DNA of 64,000 nt from Candidatus Nealsonbacteria bacterium (GCA_016188865.1 JACPGX010000001.1:141197-205196); one strand, 5' to 3'; numbered from the stretch's first letter, positions 27,396 through 36,597 are shown. The notes: generated by a model not told the origin, from the sequence alone. Numbers and translations are program-made.

Positions 27396-28402
27396 AGGTT
27401 AATCCATCTTTTATTTTGGTCGATTACCATCCATTTTATCATTTTGTCAAAACTTTCTTCGAAAGACAGCTTAGCTTCCCAGCCTAATTCTTTCGCCTTG
27501 GTCCCATCGAGGGCATATCTTTTATCATGCCCCGGCCGGGCTGTATGAAATTCGATATATTCTATCTCGTCTTTCAGGAGCGGCCTCCCCTTAATAATTT
27601 GGGAAATTCTGTTTGCCAGATCCAGAACGTTTCTTTCTTCCCCCTTAATGTTATAAATTTCTTTAGAATGTCCCTTATCCATTAAAAAAATTAAAAAGTC
27701 GGCAACATTCCTGGCGTGGATCCAACAACGCGAGCTTAATTCACTCTCCGAGCCATGAATAATGACTTTTTTATTCTCTAAAATAGCTTTGACTGTCTTG
27801 GGAATGAATTTCTCCGGATATTGCCTCTCCCCGAAAACATTCATGCATCTGGTAATAATAACGGGGATGCCAAAAGCATGCGCAAATGAATAAGCCATCA
27901 TATCGGCCCCAGCCTTTGAGGCAGAGTAAGGATTAGAGGGCCTTAAATGAGCGTCTTCGGTATAAAATATGCCGTCGGGAGCTGCGCCATAAACTTCATC
28001 TGTCGAAAATTGAATAAATTTTTTTAAATTCGGCTGATGACATTTTACGTGCTCCAGCAAATTGGCTGTTCCTAGAACATTATTGGTGACAAAAGGAATG
28101 GCATCCTCCAGGCTTTTATCAATATGACTTTCAGCAGCCAAATGCCAGATATAATCAACCGGGCCGATCATTTTATTGGTGGTTTCCGAAATTGGAGATT
28201 TCAAATCATGCCAAATAAATTTAACTCTGTGTTTTTGGCTTTCCCATGGACCGATGTCTGTCAGTTTGTTCAGATTTCCGGCATAAGTCAAACTATCCAA
28301 ACCAATCACATTCCAATCGGTCTGCTTGAGTACGCCCTCCAAAATGTGGTGGCCGATAAAACCGGCCATTCCGGTGATTAAAACTGTTTTTTTATTATCC
28401 AT
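27392..28402 (-). CDS. Second NDP-hexose 4,6-dehydratase-like SDR
   Basis: VLITGMAGFIGHHI, LDSLTYAGNLNKL, HLAAESHIDKS and YSASKAGADMMAYSF (RmlB-like). Confidence 0.7.
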   Translation of the reverse strand: MDNKKTVLITGMAGFIGHHILEGVLKQTDWNVIGLDSLTYAGNLNKLTDIGPWESQKHRVKFIWHDLKSPISETTNKMIGPVDYIWHLAAESHIDKSLEDAIPFVTNNVLGTANLLEHVKCHQPNLKKFIQFSTDEVYGAAPDGIFYTEDAHLRPSNPYSASKAGADMMAYSFAHAFGIPVIITRCMNVFGERQYPEKFIPKTVKAILENKKVIIHGSESELSSRCWIHARNVADFLIFLMDKGHSKEIYNIKGEERNVLDLANRISQIIKGRPLLKDEIEYIEFHTARPGHDKRYALDGTKAKELGWEAKLSFEESFDKMIKWMVIDQNKRWINL

Positions 28403-28787
28403 AAAAATTATACTTTACAGTATCTTCCGGCTTAAAACGCTTCTTTGAAAATTCAATGGCGTGGCCAGCCTTAATGGTTTTAAGCCTATGAGCGAATTTT
28501 GGAGGGATTGAAATGAGGTCTCCGTCTTTCACCTTGATTTTTTCTATTACTCCGGTATCTGAATCAACCATTTCCATTTCCATTATCCCCCGAATAATAT
28601 AAAAATATTCGTGGCGGGTATGGTAATGCCCGCCCCTGGTTTTTCCTTTAGGAAATTCAATGTAAGCAATATGCCTGATGGGTTCCGGCGAATTATATAT
28701 TTCAGCCAGCTCGCCTTTTTCAAGAAAAATCCTCTTCGGCTCCCATATTTTGACCTTTCCCCTAAATAACTTCTTCACTAAACCCAT
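28395..28787 (-). CDS. Small cupin protein (NDP-sugar isomerase/epimerase candidate)
   Basis: 130 aa. Cupin core GGHYHTRHEYFYIIRGIMEM...PPKFAHRL. Confidence 0.5.
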   Translation of the reverse strand: MGLVKKLFRGKVKIWEPKRIFLEKGELAEIYNSPEPIRHIAYIEFPKGKTRGGHYHTRHEYFYIIRGIMEMEMVDSDTGVIEKIKVKDGDLISIPPKFAHRLKTIKAGHAIEFSKKRFKPEDTVKYNFYG

Positions 28788-28793
28788 ATATAC

Positions 28794-28822
28794 TTTTTAC
28801 ATCATGATTTCTCTTGAGTCAA
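28794..28822 (-). promoter_or_regulatory. Weak promoter candidate, TTGACT-17-TAAAAA
   Basis: It follows the terminator at 28826-28861. The -10 lacks the conserved final T. There are 6 nt between the hexamer and the ATG at 28787. Confidence 0.3.
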
Positions 28823-28825
28823 GAT

Positions 28826-28861
28826 GTAAATAAAAGGCAGAGTCTTCAAGAACTCTGCCTT
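28826..28861 (-). terminator. Rho-independent terminator
   Basis: The minus strand reads AAGGCAGAGT-TCTTGAAG-ACTCTGCCTT followed by TTATTT. The hairpin includes the stop codon of 28846-29805. Confidence 0.55.
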
Positions 28862-29805
28862 AATTCATCTAGCCAACCCACTGTCTTTTTGAGGCTGGTC
28901 TTTAAATTAGTAAGCTCAATCAAATTTTTGTCATTAATCTCCAGCACAATGCTCAAGTCTTGACCTAAGGAAAATTCCGAAAAATACCGGAGAAGCTCCT
29001 TAAAAATCTTTTCTCCAATCCTCCCCTCGCCCGGCACCACCCCCTCTTCGGCAAGGGAAACAAAAGGCTGCCAAACCCTCTTAATGTCGGTAAAGTGAAC
29101 GTGCTGCAATCCGCCGCCCAACTGCTTGATTTCTCCCAGCAATTGGGATGAATCGTAAACAGCGGCCAGATGGCAAGTATCAACGGTAGCAAAAATATTA
29201 TTTCCGGGATTAACTACGCTCAAAAAATCCTTCAAGTCGACAAAGCAGGTTTCATAAATCATGTCGTTGGGATCCGGAGCCAAATCGTGATCCCAGCAAT
29301 ACGGCATATTTTCCAAACAAATTTTCTGTTGAGGATATCTCGAATGAGCCTCCGCTAAGACCGCGCCCACTCTTTCTATCAGCTCTCTTTTGCGAATTTC
29401 TAGGTTGCCGGCAGCACTTATTTTTCTTAATTCATCATTCGTGCAGAATAAGGAAGCGTGAAGGTTCACCAAATGAACCCCGAAAAAATCGGCCAAATAA
29501 AAAACATGGAGAAGATTGGTAAATCCTTTATCGGAACTGAAAAAATTCCTTTTCCAGTTGACTCTCGCGTCGTAAGGAGCGTGCAACGAAAGATACAAAG
29601 ATTCGGGCAAACTGCGCAGGCTTTTCTGAATAACTTTAACATTTTTGAGAGAGAAAAAATCATTCCAGGGCCCGACTATTTCAATCCCAAATTGATAACC
29701 CGTATCTTTGTAATCCTCCAATAATCCTAACTTTGCTCTTAATTGCTCTCCATCAGTCACCCTGCAGGGGACTTGCAATGCCAGCATTCTGCTGCCTCCT
29801 TCCAT
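28846..29805 (-). CDS. Xylose-isomerase-like TIM-barrel protein (sugar-phosphate isomerase/epimerase family)
   Basis: VNLHASL, CLENMPY, VDTCHLAAV and HVHFTD form a metal-ligand-like pattern typical of the AP-endonuclease-2/xylose-isomerase-like fold. Confidence 0.5.
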   Translation of the reverse strand: MEGGSRMLALQVPCRVTDGEQLRAKLGLLEDYKDTGYQFGIEIVGPWNDFFSLKNVKVIQKSLRSLPESLYLSLHAPYDARVNWKRNFFSSDKGFTNLLHVFYLADFFGVHLVNLHASLFCTNDELRKISAAGNLEIRKRELIERVGAVLAEAHSRYPQQKICLENMPYCWDHDLAPDPNDMIYETCFVDLKDFLSVVNPGNNIFATVDTCHLAAVYDSSQLLGEIKQLGGGLQHVHFTDIKRVWQPFVSLAEEGVVPGEGRIGEKIFKELLRYFSEFSLGQDLSIVLEINDKNLIELTNLKTSLKKTVGWLDELRQSS

Positions 29806-29838
29806 ATCTAAATTTAAAAAAACTCTTGATTTATGACT

Positions 29839-29867
29839 ACCTTATCATAAATTTAAAATAATGTCAA
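29839..29867 (-). promoter_or_regulatory. Promoter candidate, TTGACA-17-TAAGGT with TG at the extended -10 position
   Basis: The minus strand reads TTGACATTATTTTAAATTTATGATAAGGT, upstream of 28846-29805. Confidence 0.3.
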
Positions 29868-29875
29868 CTTATTTT

Positions 29876-30955
29876 CTAACGATTGAGTAAAAAATTATAG
29901 ATTATATCCACGAAAAGTATTTTTTGGTTTACTGAAACGAAAAAATAATTTAAAACTATGACAGCCGAGATAACTAAAACCATCGCCCATGGTTTTATTT
30001 TTTTAAAGCCGTGGCTGGCAAGCAATATTCCCAGAGGAGCAAAGATAAAAACTGCTCTGGCGCTGCCGGTCGTTGACCAGACAAAAAAAGAAAATGAAGC
30101 CGGCAGCAGGGCCAAATATATTTTAATTCTTTCCCAATTTCTCTCCCGCCACTCTTTTGTGATTCCCATAAAAATGAAAATCCAGAGAATTCCCAGAATC
30201 CTGAATAATTGGCCAAAGTATCTTAACAACGACAGAAAAATGCTTTCCCCGCGGCTGCCCGGCGGATTTCTTAAGTACCAATCCAAAGAAGTGTAATTAA
30301 AATAATGGTAGACAAAAACCTGTATTACTATAGTGGGGATTAAAAACAATGTCCCGAAGTAAATCAATTTTTTAATCTTTTCTTTGGCGCTGAATTCTTT
30401 TGAAAGAAAAATCATCAAGCCGAAAAACAAAATTCCCAATCCCCCGTTTTCTTTTATAAGAACGGCCAGCCCGGATATTAGAGCATTTACGGTGATTAAC
30501 CAATCCTCTCTTCTTTTAAAATAAAGCAGAGTTAAAAATATGGAGAACAAATAGAAAAACCAGGCTCCTGTGTCAGTCAAATAAGCCAATCCTGATTCAA
30601 TCACCGGGGTGGCCGTAACAAAAAACAAAGAGGCGAAAAATGCCTGCTTTTTGTCGTGATAAATTATTTCAACAATTTTAAATACGAGAAAGGCGCAGAG
30701 CAGATAAAAAAATATGTTTTGGACTACCAGTCCGGCTCCTTCTCCCAAAAATTCAAAAGGCAGAGCCAAGAAGGGTCCCAGGGGCCTCAAAATTCTAGCC
30801 ATTTCGGCTTGACCCCCCTCCCCCTGCAACCAATTGATTAAAGCAATGTTTTCGCCTGTGTCCCCGTATTTTTGCGGCCCGAAAATACCAAAAACAGCTC
30901 CCATGTTCAAAAGAGCAAAAATTATAGCTAAGATTAAAAATTTGCGGGTTTTCAT
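29876..30955 (-). CDS. Polytopic membrane protein (GT-C-like / glycan polymerase candidate)
   Basis: 359 aa with about 10 hydrophobic segments, inside the glycan island. Confidence 0.4.
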   Translation of the reverse strand: MKTRKFLILAIIFALLNMGAVFGIFGPQKYGDTGENIALINWLQGEGGQAEMARILRPLGPFLALPFEFLGEGAGLVVQNIFFYLLCAFLVFKIVEIIYHDKKQAFFASLFFVTATPVIESGLAYLTDTGAWFFYLFSIFLTLLYFKRREDWLITVNALISGLAVLIKENGGLGILFFGLMIFLSKEFSAKEKIKKLIYFGTLFLIPTIVIQVFVYHYFNYTSLDWYLRNPPGSRGESIFLSLLRYFGQLFRILGILWIFIFMGITKEWRERNWERIKIYLALLPASFSFFVWSTTGSARAVFIFAPLGILLASHGFKKIKPWAMVLVISAVIVLNYFFVSVNQKILFVDIIYNFLLNR

Positions 30956-32347
30956 TTAAGAGATTAATTTATAAATGGGCCTGCCTTCTTCTGAATTGCC
31001 AATAAATTCGGCCTTCTTAAAACAAGAATTTTCAATAATAAAATTAACAAATTGATCCGGGGCATAACTCTTGTAAAATGGCCTGGAGCCGAATTCTTTC
31101 GGCAAATAAGACTCAAAAAACAATTCCCTAACCTTGAGTTTTTGCAAAAATTTAATCAGATTTGAATAACTATCCTTACTTTCCAGAAAATGATGGAAAA
31201 TGCTTAAAGCCAATACCACGTCAAAAACTACCTCCTGATTACTTTTGTATTCAAAGAGTGATTCGGGGATTATCTCAAATCTTCTGTTTTCTGCTTTTTT
31301 TAATTTTCTTAAGAAATAAAGGCACATTCGATTTTCTTCTAAAGCGTAGCAATGGAATCCCTCCTCTTCGAATTTATGGCAGAAATATCCCAAATTAGCT
31401 CCGATATCCAGCAGGGTTTTATTTTCCAGAGAAAGATTGTCTTTAATTATTTTAAAGCGCAAATCTTCCCTGCGATGCGGTATATCCTGCAAGTCGGGAT
31501 GCGTCAAGGGCTGGTAAAGCTGTCCCCCTTGATAATTTTTGGAAAAAGTAATCAATTCTCTTTTGAAATTCATCCATTCAGCATGGCGAGCGATAATTCT
31601 GACTGGAATTTCGGGAATATTAAGCAGCTTGGCTATGGCAAGCCTATGCCTTCCGTCAATAAACAAAAGTTGCCCGGTTCTCCCTACGGCAACGGACACA
31701 TCATCTAAAACAGCTGAAGATTTTTCCAATTTACCAAGCCATCCTTCTGGAGAATGAAGTTCTTCCTTGGATTTGTACCCGTTCTTCTTTATCCGGCTAT
31801 ACAGTAAATCTATATTCTTGAATCTCTCATCCAGCTCTTCTTTATTTTTGCACCCCCTGTTTACTTCCCCATTTGCTATATAACCGAGAATTCTTTTGTA
31901 AAACTCTGTCTCTTCCCATTTTTTACCCTCAAGAAATCTCTGCTGAATCGCCTTATATGAATCTAATTCTTCAAACTTGGGACCGAGCTTATCCCAGTCT
32001 CCCGCCAATATTTTTCCGTAATTACGCCACTTGTTAAACGGCGCACTCAAACAAAATTCTATTTTTTGCGGACTGACCAAATAAATTTTATCTAAATCCG
32101 GAGCATTGCTTCCGTAATCAATTTTAGCCTTTATTTTCAATGCTCTTTTTTCTGTTATAAATTTTAAGGCGCAAAGCAGCCTCCAAACCGCAACCAGTGG
32201 TTTTCCGATAATGGGAAACCTCTTTTCCAAACGGAAAATAAACTGCCTGGCGCTGAAAATAATTTTATTTTTTATTTTTCTCAAGAAAGCAATTCTCATA
32301 AATCTTCTGGGCTCGTTTCTGCCAAGTAAATTCCTTGACGTCTTCAA
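30956..32347 (-). CDS. Fusion: ParB/sulfiredoxin-like nucleotide-binding domain plus class I SAM methyltransferase
   Basis: LLFIDGRHRLAIAKLLNIPEIPVRII fits the ParB-N/Srx DGxHR pattern. It is followed by LLDIGANLGYFCHKFEEEGFHCYALE (methyltransferase motif I). The start is uncertain because the ORF overlaps the upstream gene by 83 nt. Confidence 0.55.
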   Translation of the reverse strand: MKTSRNLLGRNEPRRFMRIAFLRKIKNKIIFSARQFIFRLEKRFPIIGKPLVAVWRLLCALKFITEKRALKIKAKIDYGSNAPDLDKIYLVSPQKIEFCLSAPFNKWRNYGKILAGDWDKLGPKFEELDSYKAIQQRFLEGKKWEETEFYKRILGYIANGEVNRGCKNKEELDERFKNIDLLYSRIKKNGYKSKEELHSPEGWLGKLEKSSAVLDDVSVAVGRTGQLLFIDGRHRLAIAKLLNIPEIPVRIIARHAEWMNFKRELITFSKNYQGGQLYQPLTHPDLQDIPHRREDLRFKIIKDNLSLENKTLLDIGANLGYFCHKFEEEGFHCYALEENRMCLYFLRKLKKAENRRFEIIPESLFEYKSNQEVVFDVVLALSIFHHFLESKDSYSNLIKFLQKLKVRELFFESYLPKEFGSRPFYKSYAPDQFVNFIIENSCFKKAEFIGNSEEGRPIYKLIS

Positions 32348-33386
32348 AGGCTTTCGCTAAAATTTTATCAGATAAATTATGATCCTGCAAAACAATTTTA
32401 ATGCCCTCAGCCAACTTTTCCGGACTATCTGGTTCCACTAAAACCGCATTATCTTCGTTTAAAACTTCTCTTATCGAAGGCAGGTCAGAGGCAACGATTG
32501 GTATTCCAGAAGCCATATATTCAAACATTTTTAGCGGCGAAGTCCACTTTCTGGAGATCTCTTCTTTGCCGGAATTCGGCAAAACCAAAACATCAGCCGC
32601 TTGCAGCCAAAGAGGAATCTCTGGATATGGCCGATGACCAACTACATTTAAATTTTTAATTTTAAATTTTTCTACATCTTCTTTGGTGCCACCCACGAAA
32701 TAAACATCGACATTTTCTGGCAAATACTGCGAAGCTTCAGAGAGGGTTTGGACTCCTTTCCACTCGTACAAATGACCGGCATACAGCACTATTTTTTTAT
32801 CCAACGGCAAATTTAGCATTCGTCTGGTTTCGGATTTCGTGCTTCGGATTTCGAATTTCGTTAAGTCTACTCCATCCGGAGCTACTAAAATTTTTTCCGG
32901 ACTAATCCCATTCTTAACAAACAAATTTTTAAGTCCATGAGTTATAACTACCATTCCCTTCAATTTTTTCAAAAATGGAAAATATAAAAAATAACGTTTA
33001 GGAAAGGTATGGGCTTCAAAAATAATATTTTTTTTAAAAAAACTAAAGGGCAGAAGAAACTTGTCTCGGCTGTAAATTATATCGGCTTTTTTAAAAATTA
33101 TATAAATTAAGGCTGGGAAGAAAAAAGTCAAACCCTCCAGCCATAATCCAAAATGGCCGATATGCTTATGGAAACGAATCAAATCTAAACACGGAAGTTT
33201 TTTTATCCTAAAAGTTTCGGCTATCCCGTAATAATCAAAGGGTCTCTCCTTAATCCAGTTATACCTCTCCGGGACAACCAGCTCCACATTTGATTCTTTA
33301 GCCAATGCTTCGCACATTTTCATTACCTGAATACCATGAGCTTTTTCCGTGGGGATTCTGCTGTTTGTAATGTAGAGCAATGTCAT
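32265..33386 (-). CDS. Glycosyltransferase, GT4-like
   Basis: GVDLTKF...KKIVLYAGHLYEWKGV and FEYMASGIPIVASD (EX7E region). Confidence 0.8.
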   Translation of the reverse strand: MTLLYITNSRIPTEKAHGIQVMKMCEALAKESNVELVVPERYNWIKERPFDYYGIAETFRIKKLPCLDLIRFHKHIGHFGLWLEGLTFFFPALIYIIFKKADIIYSRDKFLLPFSFFKKNIIFEAHTFPKRYFLYFPFLKKLKGMVVITHGLKNLFVKNGISPEKILVAPDGVDLTKFEIRSTKSETRRMLNLPLDKKIVLYAGHLYEWKGVQTLSEASQYLPENVDVYFVGGTKEDVEKFKIKNLNVVGHRPYPEIPLWLQAADVLVLPNSGKEEISRKWTSPLKMFEYMASGIPIVASDLPSIREVLNEDNAVLVEPDSPEKLAEGIKIVLQDHNLSDKILAKAFEDVKEFTWQKRAQKIYENCFLEKNKK

Positions 33387-34480
33387 AATAAAACTTCTAA
33401 TTTTCTAATATTTTCTTTAATATCGTATTTTTGAGCTGTTACTTTGCAATTTTCAGAGAAATAAGCCTGCCCCCTGCCTGCAATTTCCTGCATTTTCCGA
33501 GAAACATCTTCTTTATCCCCTTCAACCAGATATCCATTCAGGCCGTCAATAACGTACTCGTCGGGGCCGGCTACCTTAGTTGAAACCACAGGCAAACCCA
33601 AGGACATGGCCTCAATGCAAGCAATAGCGAATCCTTCAATTTTTGAGGTAAGAACAAAAAATTCAGAAATAAACATATACTCAAAAACGTTTTTCTTGCG
33701 GCCCAGCAAAAATATTTTATCTTCTAAATTTAATTCTTTTACGTACCCGGTCAAAAAATCCAACATCGGTCCCTGGCCCAAAATAATTAATTTATAGCCG
33801 CTGTTTCTTTTAATAAATTCGGCGAAGCCGTCAATCAATAATTTATGATTTTTTTGCGGCCACAATTTTGCCACGTTAATTATGAATTTATCTTCTTTTT
33901 TAAAGCCGAGTTTTTCCTTCAGATCGTCCTTGTTATAATTTTTAATCTTTGCCTGTATATCACTATAATCTATGGCGTCGGGAATAACCGCAAATTTATT
34001 TTGATTGATTTTTTCCTGATCTGCCGTAAACAGTTTAACTGTTTCCGATACGGCGACTATTTTGTAGGTGAAATAAGAAAAAATTTTGTCAGCCATTATT
34101 TGCCATTTCTTTTTTTTAGTATAAGTATTGTGCTCATAAATAATAACTTTATAACCAAAAAATGGCTTCAAGGCCCTTAAAACCGTATTGCTAAAAAACA
34201 AATTAGATAAAATGATATCTGGCCTATACTCCCTCAAAATACGGCAGGTTTCCAGCCAGTTTTTAATGTCGCAAAAACCCTTAAAATTCAATCTATAGTT
34301 TTTAAGATTTCCCGGGAGTAAATCAAAAAAATTATTATCATCTTTGGGCTGGAAAAAACTCAATAAGGCGAGCTCGTATTTGTTTCTATCAAGATTATTA
34401 ATTATGTCGGCTGCCAATTTAGGAGCTCCAGACATATCAAATTCCGTAATGCCTACCAATAATTTAATTTTTGGATTCAT
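33383..34480 (-). CDS. Glycosyltransferase, GT4-like
   Basis: GFAIACIEAMSLGLPVVSTKVAGPDEYV and the typical two-domain length. Confidence 0.75.
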   Translation of the reverse strand: MNPKIKLLVGITEFDMSGAPKLAADIINNLDRNKYELALLSFFQPKDDNNFFDLLPGNLKNYRLNFKGFCDIKNWLETCRILREYRPDIILSNLFFSNTVLRALKPFFGYKVIIYEHNTYTKKKKWQIMADKIFSYFTYKIVAVSETVKLFTADQEKINQNKFAVIPDAIDYSDIQAKIKNYNKDDLKEKLGFKKEDKFIINVAKLWPQKNHKLLIDGFAEFIKRNSGYKLIILGQGPMLDFLTGYVKELNLEDKIFLLGRKKNVFEYMFISEFFVLTSKIEGFAIACIEAMSLGLPVVSTKVAGPDEYVIDGLNGYLVEGDKEDVSRKMQEIAGRGQAYFSENCKVTAQKYDIKENIRKLEVLL

Positions 34481-35489
34481 ATATAGAACAAGTTTTACAC
34501 AAAGGATACCCTCTTTTTTGGGCTATTTTGCGTCTTTCTCTGACGACTGGATCAAACCAAATATCTTTTAATTTCTGCGATAAAACATTGCCGTAAAAAT
34601 ATCGACCGTTTAAGTCATAACAGCACATCGACACTGACCCGTCTGCCAAAACTACCAAATGTGACTTGGCCAAGGGACATTTATCGGGGGGATTTTTTAT
34701 TTTCAGTTTGCCATCTTCTTTTTTGTATCTTACGGACCTGTCGTTTTCTGACTTGTCAGGAAAAAACTTTCTAGATAATTCCTCTCTTTCTTTTTCGGAA
34801 TAAGCATACTCTCCCAGATTAAAAGATCTTATGGAGAGTCTGTCGACTTTTAAATCTTTTGCTATTTTTTTGACATCTTCCAACTCATTTTGATTTAATT
34901 TATTAAAAACAAACTGCAATTCAATAAACGGTCTTCTCAGCTTTAGGGCCTGCTTCTGTCGGCAGAAATAAGTAATATTGCCCAAAACCTGCTCGAAATT
35001 GGCTCCCACTCTAAATTGCTCATAAGATTCCTTGGAGGTTCCATCTAAATCAAGAATGATCCTGTCTAATTTTGAACGAAATAAATCATTCGTCATCTCC
35101 CTATTCAGCAAAACCGCATTAGTGCTTATTTCAGTATATAAGCCATTTTGGTGGGCATACCCTGCCATTCTAGAAATATCGGGGTTGAGCAAGGGCTCAT
35201 TGGTAAAATATAAAAGTACGACCTGTACCGAATCTTTGATGTTATCAATGACTTTTTTGAAATTATCGAAAGACATCAGTTCTCTTTTTCTGCAGATTTT
35301 ACCGGCTGGCGTAGGGCAGGTGGGGCATCGCAAATTACAATAATTCCCCACCTCAATCAGGGCAGCATAGGGATGCCCAAAAAGCCGATATTTAATATTG
35401 GCTTTTATAAAATGCCATGGCTTAGAAAAATTTCTTTCTAATATATTGATTAAAATATGCTTCTTAAAAGCCGGGTAAATGCGATTCAT
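34464..35489 (-). CDS. Radical SAM enzyme with Cys-rich C-terminal (SPASM-like) extension
   Basis: CxxxCxxC in VGNYCNLRCPTCPT. C-terminal cysteines occur in CPLAKSH...SMCCYD...PLCKTCSIY. Confidence 0.7.
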   Translation of the reverse strand: MNRIYPAFKKHILINILERNFSKPWHFIKANIKYRLFGHPYAALIEVGNYCNLRCPTCPTPAGKICRKRELMSFDNFKKVIDNIKDSVQVVLLYFTNEPLLNPDISRMAGYAHQNGLYTEISTNAVLLNREMTNDLFRSKLDRIILDLDGTSKESYEQFRVGANFEQVLGNITYFCRQKQALKLRRPFIELQFVFNKLNQNELEDVKKIAKDLKVDRLSIRSFNLGEYAYSEKEREELSRKFFPDKSENDRSVRYKKEDGKLKIKNPPDKCPLAKSHLVVLADGSVSMCCYDLNGRYFYGNVLSQKLKDIWFDPVVRERRKIAQKRGYPLCKTCSIYESKN

Positions 35490-36529
35490 TTAAATTCAAA
35501 GATTATTTTATCAATAAAATTGTTTAAATTATGGTTTTTGACAACTATTTCTCTTAGGGCGGGGTCTTCCGCGGCTCCCATTAAATTAAGCATCTTTTGA
35601 GCTAAATCTTTCTCATCTCCTTTTTTGAACATGTACTTTTGAGCCAAAATCTCTCGATATGCCTCATTGCAGGTAAGAACCAGGCAACCCGAAGACATGG
35701 CTTCTAAAACCACCTTATCCAGACTGCCGGTTGAGCTGGGATTAACGAAAAGGTCGGCCCAATTAAAGTATTCCGGCATTTCAGAAAAAGAAACTCCGCC
35801 GGCAAACTCAATATGGCTCTCCAAATTATAATTTTTAACCAAATTTTTCAAATCGGCTAAGTATTCTTCCTGAGATTTTAAAAGCGGCCGGCCGAGGATC
35901 CTCGCCTTTAAATTATTAATGTTCTTTTGATTGACTAAGATATTAACTGCCTCAATTAAAGTTTTGTGGTCTTTCACCGGCACAAGTCGGGCGGCGTACA
36001 GAATTTTGATTACGCGAGGTTTGACCTCCTCGGGGGGTCGAACCTCTTTAATTGGTTTAAAAAATTCCGTATCTATCGCCTGTCCGACTACTTCAATTTT
36101 TTTACTTTTTAACCGGCAGCCGGCAGAAGATGAGGTAACAATAACATTCACTAATTTTTCTGCTAATTTCAGCTTCCAGGGAAGAGCGCCGTGGGCATAC
36201 CATAAAACCAGTTTTTTGCCGAAAAGCTTAGCCAAAGGAAAAGCGGCTATAGCGAAAATAGAACCCATGTGGCAATAAACGCCGTCTGATTCCGGCAGGC
36301 ATTTAAATAGAATTTTCTGCATTCTAAAAAACTGCCTTATTTTGGAATAGCCCTTTTCTTTGCCCAAAGAAAAAACCTCAACGTTTTCCGGCAAATGATG
36401 CTCTCCAACCTGCAACCCTACAACAAAAACTTTTTCCAGTTTTTCTGAAAATTTTTCCAAAATCCTATGAAAAAAACTTAAGTTATCATCGTTAAAATCT
36501 ACTCTTTGAACGATAATTAAGAGTTTCAT
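35486..36529 (-). CDS. Glycosyltransferase, GT4-like
   Basis: GSLDKVVLEAMSSGCLVLT and ILYAARLVPVKD. It carries the 31-nt palindrome at 36016-36046 in its interdomain linker. Confidence 0.75.
   Translation of the reverse strand: MKLLIIVQRVDFNDDNLSFFHRILEKFSEKLEKVFVVGLQVGEHHLPENVEVFSLGKEKGYSKIRQFFRMQKILFKCLPESDGVYCHMGSIFAIAAFPLAKLFGKKLVLWYAHGALPWKLKLAEKLVNVIVTSSSAGCRLKSKKIEVVGQAIDTEFFKPIKEVRPPEEVKPRVIKILYAARLVPVKDHKTLIEAVNILVNQKNINNLKARILGRPLLKSQEEYLADLKNLVKNYNLESHIEFAGGVSFSEMPEYFNWADLFVNPSSTGSLDKVVLEAMSSGCLVLTCNEAYREILAQKYMFKKGDEKDLAQKMLNLMGAAEDPALREIVVKNHNLNNFIDKIIFEFK
36016..36046. repeat. 31-nt palindromic element (type B, degenerate copy) inside a GT4 gene
   Basis: GAGGTTTGACCTCC-TCG-GGGGGTCGAACCTC. 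Translated on the minus strand as EVRPPEEVKP. Confidence 0.75.
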
Positions 36530-36576
36530 TCTTTATTTACCATCCTAACAAAAAACTGCCTTTTTGGCAATTGTCC

Positions 36577-36597
36577 GGGAGTCCGACTCCCCCCCCC
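36577..36597. repeat. Intergenic GTCCGAC-centred hairpin followed by a C9 tract
   Basis: GGGAGTC-C-GACTCCC (36577-36591) runs into a run of 9 C (36589-36597). It lies between two GT4 genes. Confidence 0.8.

Noticed and set aside
32826-32866. An imperfect direct repeat CGAAATCCGAA...CGAAATCCGAA lies inside the GT4 gene 32265-33386.
   Set aside because: It encodes KFEIRSTKSETRR in the normal interdomain linker (GVD...F.....lglp..k.vlyaG). The linker has the usual length for GT4 enzymes, so nothing indicates an insertion or a mobile repeat.
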